Counted from the whole stretch's first letter, positions 39,626-51,753 are shown. The stretch: DNA of 62,920 bases, filler included, from Octopus bimaculoides (GCF_001194135.2; 4 parts of 3 records of this genome joined end to end with filler, not necessarily neighbours in it), one strand, 5' to 3'. The notes: generated by a model not told the origin, from the letters alone. Program-made: numbers and translations.

Positions 39626-40825
39626 ATATAAATAAATCATCGTCATTGTTTAACATCCACCTTCCATGCTGGCATGGATTTGAGTACTCTCCCAAAATTG
39701 CTGGCCATGTGCCAAAATTTGAAACCATTATTATCCTTGTATTTGTTTTGATATTAAGATTGAAACAAACCAACCTTGTTTATAAAAAAAATTTGTACTT
39801 GGGTTTGCACTGAGCAAATTTCATTCCCACACTCATCTGGACCCTGGTTGAGAACATCTGCTTTAGATGTTCAAGTTGTGATGATATAGAAAGTTGTTTC
39901 ATCTTGCAGTTAAGATTCTCCATTGTATTTGACTTTGGTTTGTTTAACTCTAGTCAAGATGGACTTAGTAAACCTGACATTTGGTTTTGTAACCATCTTA
40001 TCTTTTATCTACACATGCTGTATCTCTACAATGATCTTATCAAATGTATACTTCTATTTTTTTTTTTAAATTTAAAGGAGATTTAAAGGAGATTCAGTTA
40101 CTATATCTAGCAAATTAAATGACAACGTGGTGGGCCCCATCAGCTCTTGCTTTTGCTGTTGTAGTTGGTGGCAGCGGCAGTGGCACTGGTGGTAATGGTT
40201 GTGGTGGTGGTGGTGGTGGTGGTGGTGGTGTTGTCTGGAAAATAAAATGGTATAATAAATAGTTTACTTTTGATAATGTGATTTTATTTCTATGAAAATT
40301 AAAAGCTTCAGAGATATTTTTATTTCGTTTCTCATTTATTTTTACAGGTGGGGATTGAGTGTTTAGAAATGGAATTAAATTGTAAATCATGTTTAGAGTA
40401 CAAATATCATCATCATCATAATAATAATAATGATACATAAGAAAAGTCAAAGAAATAATGTAATTCTTTTAATTTGGGATGGTGACTAACTCAAATAGAA
40501 ATTATTGAAAATGTCTATTTGAAGAATCTAACAACAGACTTGTAGATAGCAAAAATATTTTTCTTTTAAATTCTTCACATGCATACACATATATCATAAG
40601 TGTCCCGTCAGTCAGTCAGAATTTCATAGATAAAACACCAGTTAAAGCTGCTAATTTTAAGGGACACCTGTTCTACCTTTAAATGTACACTAATAGGAAT
40701 GGACGTATTAATAAATTATATTTATTTAAAAACTTCTTTTATTGTAATTTGAGAACAATTGTATGTATATTTTCTTACACATTATGCAATCTAATTAATA
40801 TTGAATGTTGAGAAAGATGTGTGGC

Positions 40826-40827
<2 letters not shown>

Positions 40828-40865
<38 letters not shown>
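40828..40865 (-). repeat. 38-nt poly(T), possible retroposed poly(A) tail on the minus strand
   Basis: Uninterrupted T run with a sharp boundary. Confidence 0.6.
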
Positions 40866-40866
<1 letters not shown>

Positions 40867-41349
40867 TTATCATGGTGAAGGACGGAGTTCGAAATATGAA
40901 AATGAAACCATTAAAGTGAAAGTATCTGTCATTACAGTATGGAAATGTGATTGTTTCAGTTTTGATACTGAAAGAGTTTTCTTTTACTGTCAGTGTTTTT
41001 CTTTCCTTTCTTTTTGTATTTGTTGTTGGATCGTTCGTAAAGGTTCATAAGGGAAAGTAGGAATTGAAAGGGTTTGTAAAGGAAGAGGAAATTAGATTCT
41101 ATTAGGGGGAAAATGTTATTTTGTGTAGTTTAATGGATTTTATTCGTAATTGTGTGTTATTTTTATGGAAAAAATGATGCTGTGACCTAAGTTATGGTAA
41201 TTAGAATAGTAATTCCGATTCTTTCATTCAAGAAATTTGGAATTGTGTCAATGTATATATATATGTATATATATATATATAAACGTATATATGCGAGTAA
41301 AAATAAATACAAAAAAGGTGGGTTTTTTTGTATGATTGTGTATAGAGGA

Positions 41350-41996
41350 ATATATTATTTTGTTTAAAAGAGTTCCAACACTGTCTGTTTTTTATGTTTT
41401 ATTTATATTCCTGCAGAACTAATGTGGGGTATAGAATATGGAATATACAATATATAATATAATATACAATATACAATATAAAATAAAATAAAATAAAAAT
41501 GGATGGCACCATGAAAGAAAGTATTGAATGTAGATGAAATATTGAGTGTTCAATATAAAGGATCAAATATATAAATATATATATATAAATAGTCTCCTTT
41601 AGAGAGACTTAGAAATATTAATAACTCTATATATAAATATATATAAATATATAAAGGCGACTCGAGTTTCAGGGCTATTTCCCTTCGTCATGGCCGGTAT
41701 GACAGACTTTAGCCCTGAACCTCGAGTCACCTTTATCTATTTATATATATTTATATATATATATTTATATATATATATTTATATATTTGATCCTTTATAT
41801 TGAACACTCAATATTTCATCTACATTCAATACTTTCTTTCATGGTGCCATCCATTTTTATTTTATTTTATTTTATATTGTATATTATATTATATATTGTA
41901 TATTCCATATTCTATACCCCACATTAGTTCTGCAGGAATATAAATAAAACATAAAAAACAGACAGTGTTGGAACTCTTTTAAACAAAATAATATAT
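41350..41996. mobile_element. 647-bp near-perfect fold-back centred on two head-to-head hammerhead-like motifs
   Basis: The outer ~235 bp of the arms are identical except for one 7-bp unit. The left arm has a ~38-nt insert; the inner stem has a few mismatches; the central spacer is 32 nt. Confidence 0.9.
41656..41695 (-). ncRNA. Minimal type I hammerhead ribozyme-like motif (core variant)
   Basis: GGC-C-ATGACGA-AGGG-AAATAG-CCCT-GAAAC-TCGA-GTC-GCC: stems I, II and III are all present. The core has one extra A relative to CUGANGA. Confidence 0.65.
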
Positions 41997-42619
41997 AAAC
42001 ATATATATATTTATTTACACACACACACACAATATATATTTCATACAATTTGATTCAGGTGATAATCTAAGGCAGCACACATCAGAGGGACTGGTTTGAA
42101 AAATAAAGTATGGTGACAACTCTCAATCAGCCCTTCTTACAAGCACCATCCTGGGTTATCACCTAACTCATCTGTGAAACTGATGGGTAAAATTGGCTTA
42201 AATGGATCTATGCATAATATTAAATGTTATAAGATTCAGTATACCCACTCTATTGACAAATGTACCAGTGCATGCATCTTTCCAGCTTATGCATTCTATT
42301 CAAAATGGACCAATGAATTTCATCGGAACCATGCCTCCCTAACAAAGTGAATGTTAAATCAATGATGCTGATAAAGACGAGGAAAACGCATGCATGCATA
42401 ATGCACACATCCACAAGTATGCATAAATGTATATATGCATGTGTTTGTGTGTGTGTATATTGGTATGAACTTGAGTGTTGTATACAATAAGTTCATCATA
42501 TTTCAAATATACATACCAGTCAGACTCATAGACATGCATATACACACATTCATGCGTACATGCAAATGCACACACATATCTAAACACATACACAGATATA
42601 TGCATATTACATACACGCA

Positions 42620-42727
<108 letters not shown>

Positions 42728-43099
42728 CATGCATACACACATACATACACGTACTACATACATACAGAGATACCTACTACATATGTATACATACATGCAT
42801 ACGAATGTAATTGGATCACGCTCTTCAGGTTTCTGTTGCATTAACAATGTCCTTGGTGATGCAAAAATAGATATAATGTCAAAATATCAACATATTCCAA
42901 ATTCACGTGTTAGCTGCAGTTTTTGTTATCTATAATCTGTAATAATTCAAGGAGAAAAGTAAATAATTTGGAGAATTATTCAGAAGTTCTATGTCAGAAT
43001 CCCATATCATGAATCCCCAATATCAGTTTAAGGAATTAATGGCAAAATATTGTATTCTTTCAGCCACTAGTAGTGATAGGTCTGGTTCGTAATATTCTA

Positions 43100-43513
43100 G
43101 AATCTTGTTAGCACGGCAGGCGAAATACTTAGCAGTGTTTCATCTGTCTTTATGTTCTGAGTTCAATTTCCACCCATGTCGACTTTACCTTTCATCCTTT
43201 CAGGGTCAATGAATTAAGTGCTAGTTGTGTACTGGAGTCAATCTAATCAACTGGCCCCCTCTCCAAAAATTTCAGGGCTTGTGCCTAGAGTAGCAAAGAA
43301 TATTCTAGTTTCTTGTTAGCATGCTGAGCCAAATGCTTAGCAATATTTTGTCTGTCTTTATGTTCTGAGTTCAAATTCTGCCGAGGTTGACTTTGCCTTT
43401 CATCCTTTCAGGGTCGATAAATTAAGTACCATTTGCATACTGGGATCGATCTACTCGACTGAGTCCCTGCCCCCACAAATTTCAAGCCTTGTGCCTAGAG
43501 TAGAAAAGAATAT
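43100..43513 (+). mobile_element. Tandem dimer of 5'-truncated SINE family A
   Basis: Two ~213-bp units delimited by three copies of AATATTCTAG. Confidence 0.85.
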
Positions 43514-43604
43514 TCTAGATCCTTAAAAAATTGAATACCAGGAAGGAATATTCCATGTTGCCATGTTATGATGTAACACATCATACATTAATAAATCTTT
43601 TGTC

Positions 43605-43830
43605 TTTCATCTGTTTTAGTGAAAAGACTGTGGCCATGCTGGATCACTGCCTTCAAGAACTTTTATCCAAATGAATAAAGCACAATATTTTTTTCTTTTA
43701 TTGTTGCAAAGCGTGCTACTTATTTTATCGGTACCTTTTGCAGAACTGCTAAGTTATGAGGACATAAACAAAACCAATACTGGATGTCAAGCAGTGGTGG
43801 GAAATGAGCATAGACACAAGCACACATGCA
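43605..43830 (-). mobile_element. SINE family B, 3' part
   Basis: Similarity to other copies. Confidence 0.7.
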
Positions 43831-43837
43831 CACATAC

Positions 43838-43880
<43 letters not shown>

Positions 43881-44149
43881 CGCTCCTTTGCTCCACATGG
43901 GCTCACCTCCCCTCCACTCTTCATCTAACCCCCTCCTCCTGTCTCTCTCCCCCGCCCTCCCTCCTACCACCCTTCTCTCGTACTCCCCCCTCTCTCACTT
44001 TTACTCTCTACACTCTTACTCTCTTACTCTCTCACCTTTACTCTCTCACTCTCTTCTCTCTTTCCCTCTCTCTCACTCTCTCTCTCTACATTCTTACTCT
44101 CTTACTCTCTCACCCATACTCTCTCACCCATACTCTCTCACTCTCTTCT

Positions 44150-44308
44150 CTCTTTCCCTCTCTCACTCTCTTTATCTCTCTCTCTTTCTCTCCCCCATAC
44201 CCCTCTTCCCTCTCTCTCACTCTCTTCTCTCTCACTCTCTTCTCTCTCACTCTCTTCTCTCTCACTCTCTTCTCTCTCACTCTCTTCTCTCTCACTCTCT
44301 TCTCTCTC
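44150..44308. repeat. Polypyrimidine minisatellite (15-bp TCTCTTCTCTCTCAC units)
   Basis: Direct inspection; part of a CT-rich tract from ~43900. Confidence 0.9.
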
Positions 44309-44352
44309 NNNNNNNNNNNNNNNNNNNNNNNNNNNNNNNNNNNNNNNNNNNN

Positions 44353-44364
44353 TTAATTAATTAA
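44353..44364. other. Artificial scaffold-join linker TTAATTAATTAA
   Basis: Between N runs. Confidence 0.9.
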
Positions 44365-44408
44365 NNNNNNNNNNNNNNNNNNNNNNNNNNNNNNNNNNNN
44401 NNNNNNNN

Positions 44409-44479
<71 letters not shown>

Positions 44480-44483
<4 letters not shown>

Positions 44484-44645
44484 CAGGCTTCATCCAGGTT
44501 CTGTGTATCAAATTCACCCACAAGGCTTTGGTCTGCCTGAGGCTATCATAGAAAACACTTGCCCAAGGTGTCATGTAGTGAGACTGAACCCGGAACCATG
44601 TGGTTGGGAAGTAAACTTCTTATCACACAGTGATACCTGTGCCTA
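44480..44645 (-). mobile_element. SINE family B
   Basis: Similarity to other copies. Confidence 0.8.
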
Positions 44646-44679
44646 TGGTAATAATAACAACAATAATAATAATAACAAT

Positions 44680-45110
44680 CCTTTCTAATAAAGACAGAAA
44701 GTCTAAAATTTTGGGGGAGGGGACTAGTCAATTCCATCAACGCCAGTGTTTCATTAGTACTTAATTTATCGACCCTGAATGGATGAAAGAAAAAGTCGAC
44801 CTCGGCAGAGTTTAAAGTTAGATCGTAAAGACAGATGAAATACCACTAAGCATATCGCCCAGTGTGCTAATGAATCTGCCAGCTCACCACCTTAATCATA
44901 AAAATAATGATTTCAAATTTTGGCACATGGCCAGCAAGCTCAGGGAGGGGCTAAATTGATTATATCAACCCCAGTGTCCAACTGGTACTTATCTTACTAA
45001 CCTCGAAAGGATGAAAGGCAAAGTGAACCCCAGCAGAATTTGAACTCAGAATGTAAAGACAGATGAAATGCTACTAAGCATTTTGTCTGTCATGCTAACA
45101 TTTCTGCCAA
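44680..45110 (-). mobile_element. Two adjacent SINE family A copies
   Basis: Two successive reverse-complement matches (44680-44895, 44905-45110). Confidence 0.8.
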
Positions 45111-45570
45111 GGGACTGGCTCTCATGGTTTCTGATCTTAACTGATTGGAAGTGTTATCATGTACACATTAACACCACAGACTTGCTTGTTAGTTGCTTGA
45201 CCTTAACCAGTTGAGCATGTCCCTTAGTGGCTGACAATATATGCATGTCTGATCACGAGCAGAAGTAGTAGGGGAGCATCATAGCCATGTGTTGAGAGGA
45301 ATTCTTTGAGGTTTCACCATCATTAAACAACCCTCATTCAGGGACCTTTTGAGTGGGATGGGCTACTCAACCTGAAGAAAATTCTGACTGGGCCCCACCT
45401 GCAAGGCCATGCGCTGTTTATCTTGATATAAGGTCACTGTGTCATGCACATATGGTTGTGTGCCTGGTGTACCCTCATCAGATGGGTAGTCATGATGGGT
45501 CTATTGGGCTTTGTATATTTGTACTCCAGTGTCACTTTGATGGCATGCATTGCTCTCTCACTCAATAATA
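45110..45570 (+). mobile_element. SINE family D
   Basis: Inverted match to 58375-58890; ends CTCAATAATAA. Confidence 0.75.
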
Positions 45571-45574
45571 AGTC

Positions 45575-45775
45575 CTTTTTACAATAGGTATAAGCCCTGA
45601 AATTTTGAGGGGCGGTATAAGTTGATTACACTGACCCCAGTGCTCAACGATAAATGACCTTGAAAGGATGAAAGGCAAAACTGACCTCAGCATAATCTGA
45701 ACTCAGAATGGGAAGATAGACAAAATGCCGATTTAGTCAGACATGCTAACAATCCTGTTAGCTTGCCACCTTGAT
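45575..45775 (-). mobile_element. SINE family A
   Basis: Similarity to other copies. Confidence 0.75.
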
Positions 45776-45844
45776 AATAATCATAATCCTTTCTAATGCA
45801 GGGGTACAAGGCCTGAAATTACATAAGGTAGAGATTGTCACAAG

Positions 45845-46515
45845 CAATCCTGTTTGGGACCACACTGCTACCTGGATAGACGACCAATGACAAGCACCAA
45901 CCTTTTTACTAACACCTACATCAAAAACTTAAACTGTGTTTAGCAGAGTTATGGGCTGAAAGTTGCCTAACACATCACCTTTGTCAGCATCCCCACTGGC
46001 TAACAACACTAGGAATTCTCCTGTCCTGCTGCCAGTTATGGCAGACAAATAAGGGTTGGACTTAATAGAATCTATAGAGCAGACCATCCAAACTGGTTGA
46101 TTTGGGATTTGAGCAACTACTCATTGCCTCCTGTATTTCAGCAGCCAGTTTTGGCTTTTTGCAGAACCTCATGTCTGCTGCTGAGAGTCACAGCAGGCCA
46201 TCCAGGTATGAACTAAAGTCCACTACCATTGACAACCCATTGCCCTCCTCAAACAGTTGCACCAAGTCCTGCTGGAAAGCTGCAACATCTGCCTGAAACT
46301 GAGTAGCATGCACCTGTCCTAGTCCATCAAAAACCTGATCATGGTTTTGTTACCATGTCATGCTTCCACAGTTTTGGCACATTGAATGGTTTTAGTTCCT
46401 TTATGTTTGAGCACACAGGCCCTAGCTCTGACAATACAGCCTTTGCATTTTATCTCAAGGAAATAGTCAAGGGCCATTCTCGCCACTAGTACATTGGTTA
46501 TATCTTTATTAATCA
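45845..46515 (-). pseudogene. L1/Tx1-clade LINE ORF2 fragment (linker + start of RT)
   Basis: KCKGCIVRARA, AEIQEAMSSC.K, SLDGLLYRFY, GNFQPITLLNT; stops and frameshifts. Confidence 0.8.
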
Positions 46516-46519
46516 CCTC

Positions 46520-46680
46520 TGTGAGGCTCAACATTTGAAGATCATTTCTCATCACATATTCCTGAGCCTACCTCTTCTATAGATTCTTTCCACAATAATA
46601 GATCAACATTTCTTTATGCAGCTATCCTCATCCATACACTGTACCTGACCATACCAGCCCAGTCTTCTCCCTTGCACAAT
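46520..46680 (-). pseudogene. RTE-clade LINE 3' fragment
   Basis: CIVQGRRLGWYGQVQCMDEDSCIKKC and MRNDLQMLSLTE. Confidence 0.7.
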
Positions 46681-46682
46681 AC

Positions 46683-46719
<37 letters not shown>

Positions 46720-48789
46720 AAAAGCCACACACCAAATGTTCATAAATAGATTCTTACTACCAATGCATCCTGGCATTGTCAGGGTGTTATGACCTACAAG
46801 CACATTGTATTATTTGCTCCTTTCTTATGGGCAGAATTGGCACAGCTGATATATAGTTAATCGAATAATGAAAGTTATTTTTTGTTTAATAGTGAAGGGC
46901 GAAGGTACAATTTGTGTGGGTTTGCATGAAAGTGTTTTCTTTTCTTAGGAAGGATCAGAAACTATGTATTGTTTCATCGTATAAAAGGGGGGGTTAATAC
47001 AATTTTGTCCAGAAATTACATTTAAAAAATTTTAATTTCCCCTATTCCCACTGCAATTTCTTAATTCATAACTTTTTTCATTTTTTTTTTTTTTTTTGTT
47101 ATCTATGTAGAAAAATACAGAGATTACGAATCTGGGAAATATATGTATATTTTAATTTTTCTAATTGAAACACTCAATGCTCTTTCCCCCACCTTGCTTA
47201 TTCATCACCTACCAGCTTTCAAAAAGTTAAAATCTCCCAATCTTTCACCTTCGTCTGATGTTTTCCGCATCTATAGAATTCCACTGAAATAGTAGACTTA
47301 ATACCAGAAAACCTGACATGCTAGAAACAACAGGTAAACGACATTATTTCTGAAGGAACTTCTCTGCTTTCCAAAAAGCTAAAAGTGAAACATTGGGAGT
47401 ATGTAGCTTTTTGAAAGTGGTGAGGTGATGGGTAAAATTCTTAAAGATTTGTACTCTCTGTTTTTTCTGCATGGATTACTAAGAATAAAAATTTGAAAAA
47501 AGTAGAAAATGAATTTGGTGTGGAGAGGGAGAAAATTAAAATATTGAGAATGTGTTTTGTGGGTGAAATTGTAATCTCCTGTATCGCAAACATTGGAATC
47601 GGAAGAAATTCAGGAAAAAAATAGGGAGTGGGGGACAGAAATGTCACCCTGGACATGTTAGAAAGAAGAGGTAAAAGACAGGATTTCTGGGAAAACTTCC
47701 TTTTTAAGTTTATATTGAAGATCAGGTTTTTAAATATGCTCATCACAAACACAAATTATACAATAGAAAAAGATCATTTCAATTGGATTGGAGCTGTAAA
47801 TTTGCATGTGTATATTGCAAGAATTAACATAATTTGCACAGAAGTTTTACCTAGAGTGTGTGTATGCATGTGTGTGTGTGTCAAAGGAAGTTATTTTATG
47901 GCATTCTTTCATTTGAAGAAGCAAAGTTGTCAACTCGACATATATGGGATCATATGATTGTTTGTTAATTTCTGTAAAATTGTTTTAATTTCTGTATGCT
48001 TTGAAGAGAGCAGAAATTGAAAGAGAGGATAAAGTGATATGAAATGTGAGAGAGAAAGAGAGAGTGAGAGTGAAGGTGTGTGTTGTGATGTATGAATTTT
48101 TTTTGTATGTATGTGCAAGTGGCACTCATTCGCTCTGTCTCTCTCTCACACACACACACATTATCTTTCATATACACATACATAAATAGGCAGAGGCAAA
48201 GAATACACACACCACCCGTTTTCGGCATAACCCTAACCCTAAACACCAGGAGTGTGTATTTTTTACCTTTGCCCATAAATACATATACATCATCTTTTTT
48301 GTGCATGAGAGAGAGAGAGAGTGGGGATGTATTTCCTCATAACATATAAAAAAATGGATGTCTTTTAATGCAATTTTTTTTGGTCGTGGCTTATTTTAAT
48401 ACAATATTTGTGTGTACATTTTCATAAATGTTTGTCTGAGTAGAATTCTACACATCTGTGAAACATCGGACGAAAGTGATACATTAGAAGCAAATCAAAA
48501 TATTGTCTGAAAATGACCTCAAAATTGTGCAACCGAACCTAGTTGCCAAGGTTATTTTAGTTGTAAGAAAGTGTTGTTGAGAGTGAAAAACATAGTTTAT
48601 TTGGTAGATGGATAAGAAGCAGCTTTCTTTATTATAATACATATGTAACTAATTCGGAGAAACATTACTTTCATTATTCACACATTGTCACTCCCAACAC
48701 TTTGTAATTTTGGTTCAGCTTGAAAGTGTGAAACTATTTTCATTTTCTAATGAAACCTGGTCGTTGTAGAGAAGTGTATTTGAAATAAC

Positions 48790-49400
48790 TATAACTGGTT
48801 ATTGAGATAACGCAGAAAATATGTAAATGAAAATAAAGTTTATTTGACATGTGTAATTGATTTGATTGTTCTGGAAGGCAGCAAGCTGGCAGAATTGTTA
48901 GCATGTAGGTAAAATGCTTGAGTGGTATTTCGCCTGTCTTTATGTTCTGAGTTCAAATGCTGCCAGGATCAACTTTGCCTTTCATCCTTTCGAGGTCGAT
49001 AAATTAAGTACTAGTAGAACACTGGGGTTAATGTAATCAACTGGTCCCTTCCCTTGAAATTTCAGGCCTTGTGCCTATAGTAGAAAGGATTTGATTGTTC
49101 TGGTCTTAACATCAGTTGGTAAGAATAGAAGTCATTTGATGACAGCCTTTTGTCTGTAATTGGCTATACTGCTGCAGGTTCAATCCAAGGAACATTGAAA
49201 TGATACCCATTTTGTCCATTCCACAGAATAAAAGCATACTGGAGAGCACCATAAGAGGGATGAGTCTGTGAAACACGTTTAAGGTTGTTATCTCAAACAC
49301 AAATGAGAATATCATGATTTTCAATGGGATCACCAACCATAAGGATGGCTACTTCATTAAGTAATATGAGCTCATTAAAACAGTGTAAAATGTTCTTTAC
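48790..49400 (-). pseudogene. Helitron Rep/Hel transposase fragment, interrupted by a SINE
   Basis: NEVAILMVGDPIENHDILIC..DNNLKRVSQTHPSYGALQYAFILWNGQNGYHFNVP...KRLSSNDFYSYQLMLRPEQSNQLH. This resembles the NEVA / ETHRSYDALQYP / DFYAYRLM motifs of Helitron RepHel proteins. Confidence 0.85.
48875..49087 (+). mobile_element. SINE family A with 16-bp target-site duplication
   Basis: GATTTGATTGTTCTGG at 48859-48874 and 49088-49103. Confidence 0.9.
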
Positions 49401-50698
49401 TATAGTTTACTATAGATGTAACAAACGCAGAAACACACACACTTAAAGAATTGATAATATTGGAAACAGCAAAACATACACAAAGTTCAAGTGAAACGAA
49501 ATGTAGTCAATATAGGTGCAAAACATACTTTCTGTAGCATAGTTATGCTATAAACAAAATGGAAAGTCACCAATTTAGCAAAAGTTAGTATCTGTCACCA
49601 ATGTAAGAAAGTATAGAAAGTCAACATTTATTTGGAATATGTACTAAATGTTATAAAATTCACAATTGAATGAATGTTATGGTGAAGAAAGTGAAAGTCC
49701 AAGAAAATTCAGCAGGCATAATTCAATTTTTCACACAAAAATAATTTATTTTACAATTTTGAAATGAACGCTGAACCAAGTGTATAAAAAGGAAGATGCT
49801 GTTGTTGTGAATGTTAATTTAAAATATTTGCTGAAGGATGTATGTAGCAAGATATGAATTAATTTGACATTACTATATAATTTTGAACTGTGTAACGTAA
49901 TAAGGTTGTAGAATAAATACTGAATAACTCAGTAAAAGGGTTGTGTGATGTTGATACAGTGATGAAAAATACAAGGACTGTTAAAAAAACATTATCTTGA
50001 AACTAGTTAGAAGGAGTGGAATAACATTTCTGTAATTATATTGAAAGAGTCGTTGAGGCTTTCTACTTTGCCAAGTTTCCGAATTTGTTATAATGACCAG
50101 AATAACATTTTTTCAGATATATTTGTGAGTATTGAGAGGGCTGTTAAATCAGCCAAATCTTCATATTGGTAGTACTTGAAAGTGAACGTTGTTTGTTTGA
50201 AGTCCAGGCTGAAAGTAAACTTTCAATATCGGCATATTTCACTGTTGGGGTGGGGGAGTTGCATAAACTAAGAGAGATGCATACGTACATTAACGCACAC
50301 CTGATGCCTAAGCCTATCTCTGTACCTGTGTGTGTCTGTCTCTGTCTCTGTTTCTATCTTTAGATGTGTGTGTGTATGTGTGTCAGTCATCACAAAAATA
50401 TATGTATACTGACAAACACATACACCGTCACACACATATACTTGTTAGTCATTGGCCTGACATAGGTAATGAACGTGCAAACACACTCATATAGAAAATG
50501 TGACATCATCATCGTTGTGGTGGTAATATAAAATGTCGTTTACGATAGGTGACTAAAAGAAAAGTGATAATGTTAAATTTTTGTAATGCAAATAGGTGAA
50601 TGAAAATATAGTTTATTTGGCAGCCAAAAGCTTACTGAATCTTTTGATACTTCTTACGTGAAAATTGGCAACTTGGTTTTGGAAAGCATAAGGAACAT

Positions 50699-50739
<41 letters not shown>

Positions 50740-50809
50740 CTCTTTTATAGTTATAAACATCTGTAAAATACATACATATATACACAGCACACACATACTC
50801 CCAAGTCCA

Positions 50810-51295
50810 GCACGTGCTTCCTAAAGCTACCACACTTTGACGACAGAACTACTGCAGTAATATGACACGCAGTCTGCAGGGAAGGACTCAACATACAGAT
50901 AGTGCACACCGGGCCCTTCCCTGAGAAAAGCTCTGTCCAAGAACAACACCTCCCACTTTTCCGAGGAGTGCACATTGTCGAACTGCCCCAACAGTGACCC
51001 CGAATTGTGCCTGAGGACTTCTGTTGTATATGAGATCATCTGTGGCAAATGTGGTGTATGCTACATAGGAAGCATGACAAGAAAACTGCATATATGTATT
51101 ACAGAACACATGCAGGCAGACACTTCTGTGAAGAAACACCTATGGAAATGCCAGACCCAGGAATGCACAGTGCACATCAGGGCAACACAGCAGAACAGGG
51201 GCAACCTTAGAATCTTTGAGGCTATCCTCATACACCAAAAGAAGCCCAAGATCAACAACAGAAGAGAGTTACAGGAAGCTATTTGGTTGCTTTAG
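50810..51295 (+). pseudogene. Penelope-like element 3' end: linker + GIY-YIG endonuclease
   Basis: FLKLPHFDD...GLNIQIVHTG, a frameshift near 50915, then LRKALSK...CTLSNCPNSDPELC..SVVYEIICGKCGVCYIGSMTRKL..ITEH...LRIFEAILI..KKPKINNRRE. Confidence 0.9.
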
Positions 51296-51753
51296 CAACA
51301 CCTTTCCAATGCATATCCACTCCACACACACTCACACACATCGGCAACATTCGTCTATCTCTTGAAAATGAGATCATAACCCCGAAATATTGAATACAAG
51401 GTAAGTCTACATTAATTCATATATTTGTTTTCTTGTGATTTACTTTGTATTTACTTCACATTGTTTTGGCCTTACCCACGATCCTTCATACAATATATGT
51501 ATGTATATATATATATATATNNNNNNNNNNNNNNNNNNNNNNNNNNNNNNNNNNNNNNNNNNNNNNNNNNNNNNNNNNNNNNNNNNNNNNNNNNNNNNNN
51601 NNNNNNNNNNNNNNNNNNTATATATATACTCATAGGAAAAAGACTGGTGTGTTGAATATAAGCAAGTAAGAGAATGACAATATGGAAAAATTAAGTCACA
51701 TATCCATAAACAAAAGTAATAAATGAATAAAATAAATTAAATAGAACATTAAA

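Noticed and set aside
40866-41349. Possible NUMT because of G/T strand bias
   Set aside because: No mitochondrial protein, tRNA or rRNA motif is recognisable in either code.
41692-41731. GGCCGGTATG resemblance to the HDV ribozyme 5' end, and ATGA..GA resemblance to a SECIS
   Set aside because: No HDV double pseudoknot or SECIS spacing can be built; the hammerhead fold explains the sequence better.
50863-50865. In-frame TGA in the Penelope-like ORF as possible selenocysteine (reported for some Naiad PLEs)
   Set aside because: Not at a Cys position, most simply a CGA to TGA CpG decay; a frameshift lies 50 bp away and no SECIS is evident.
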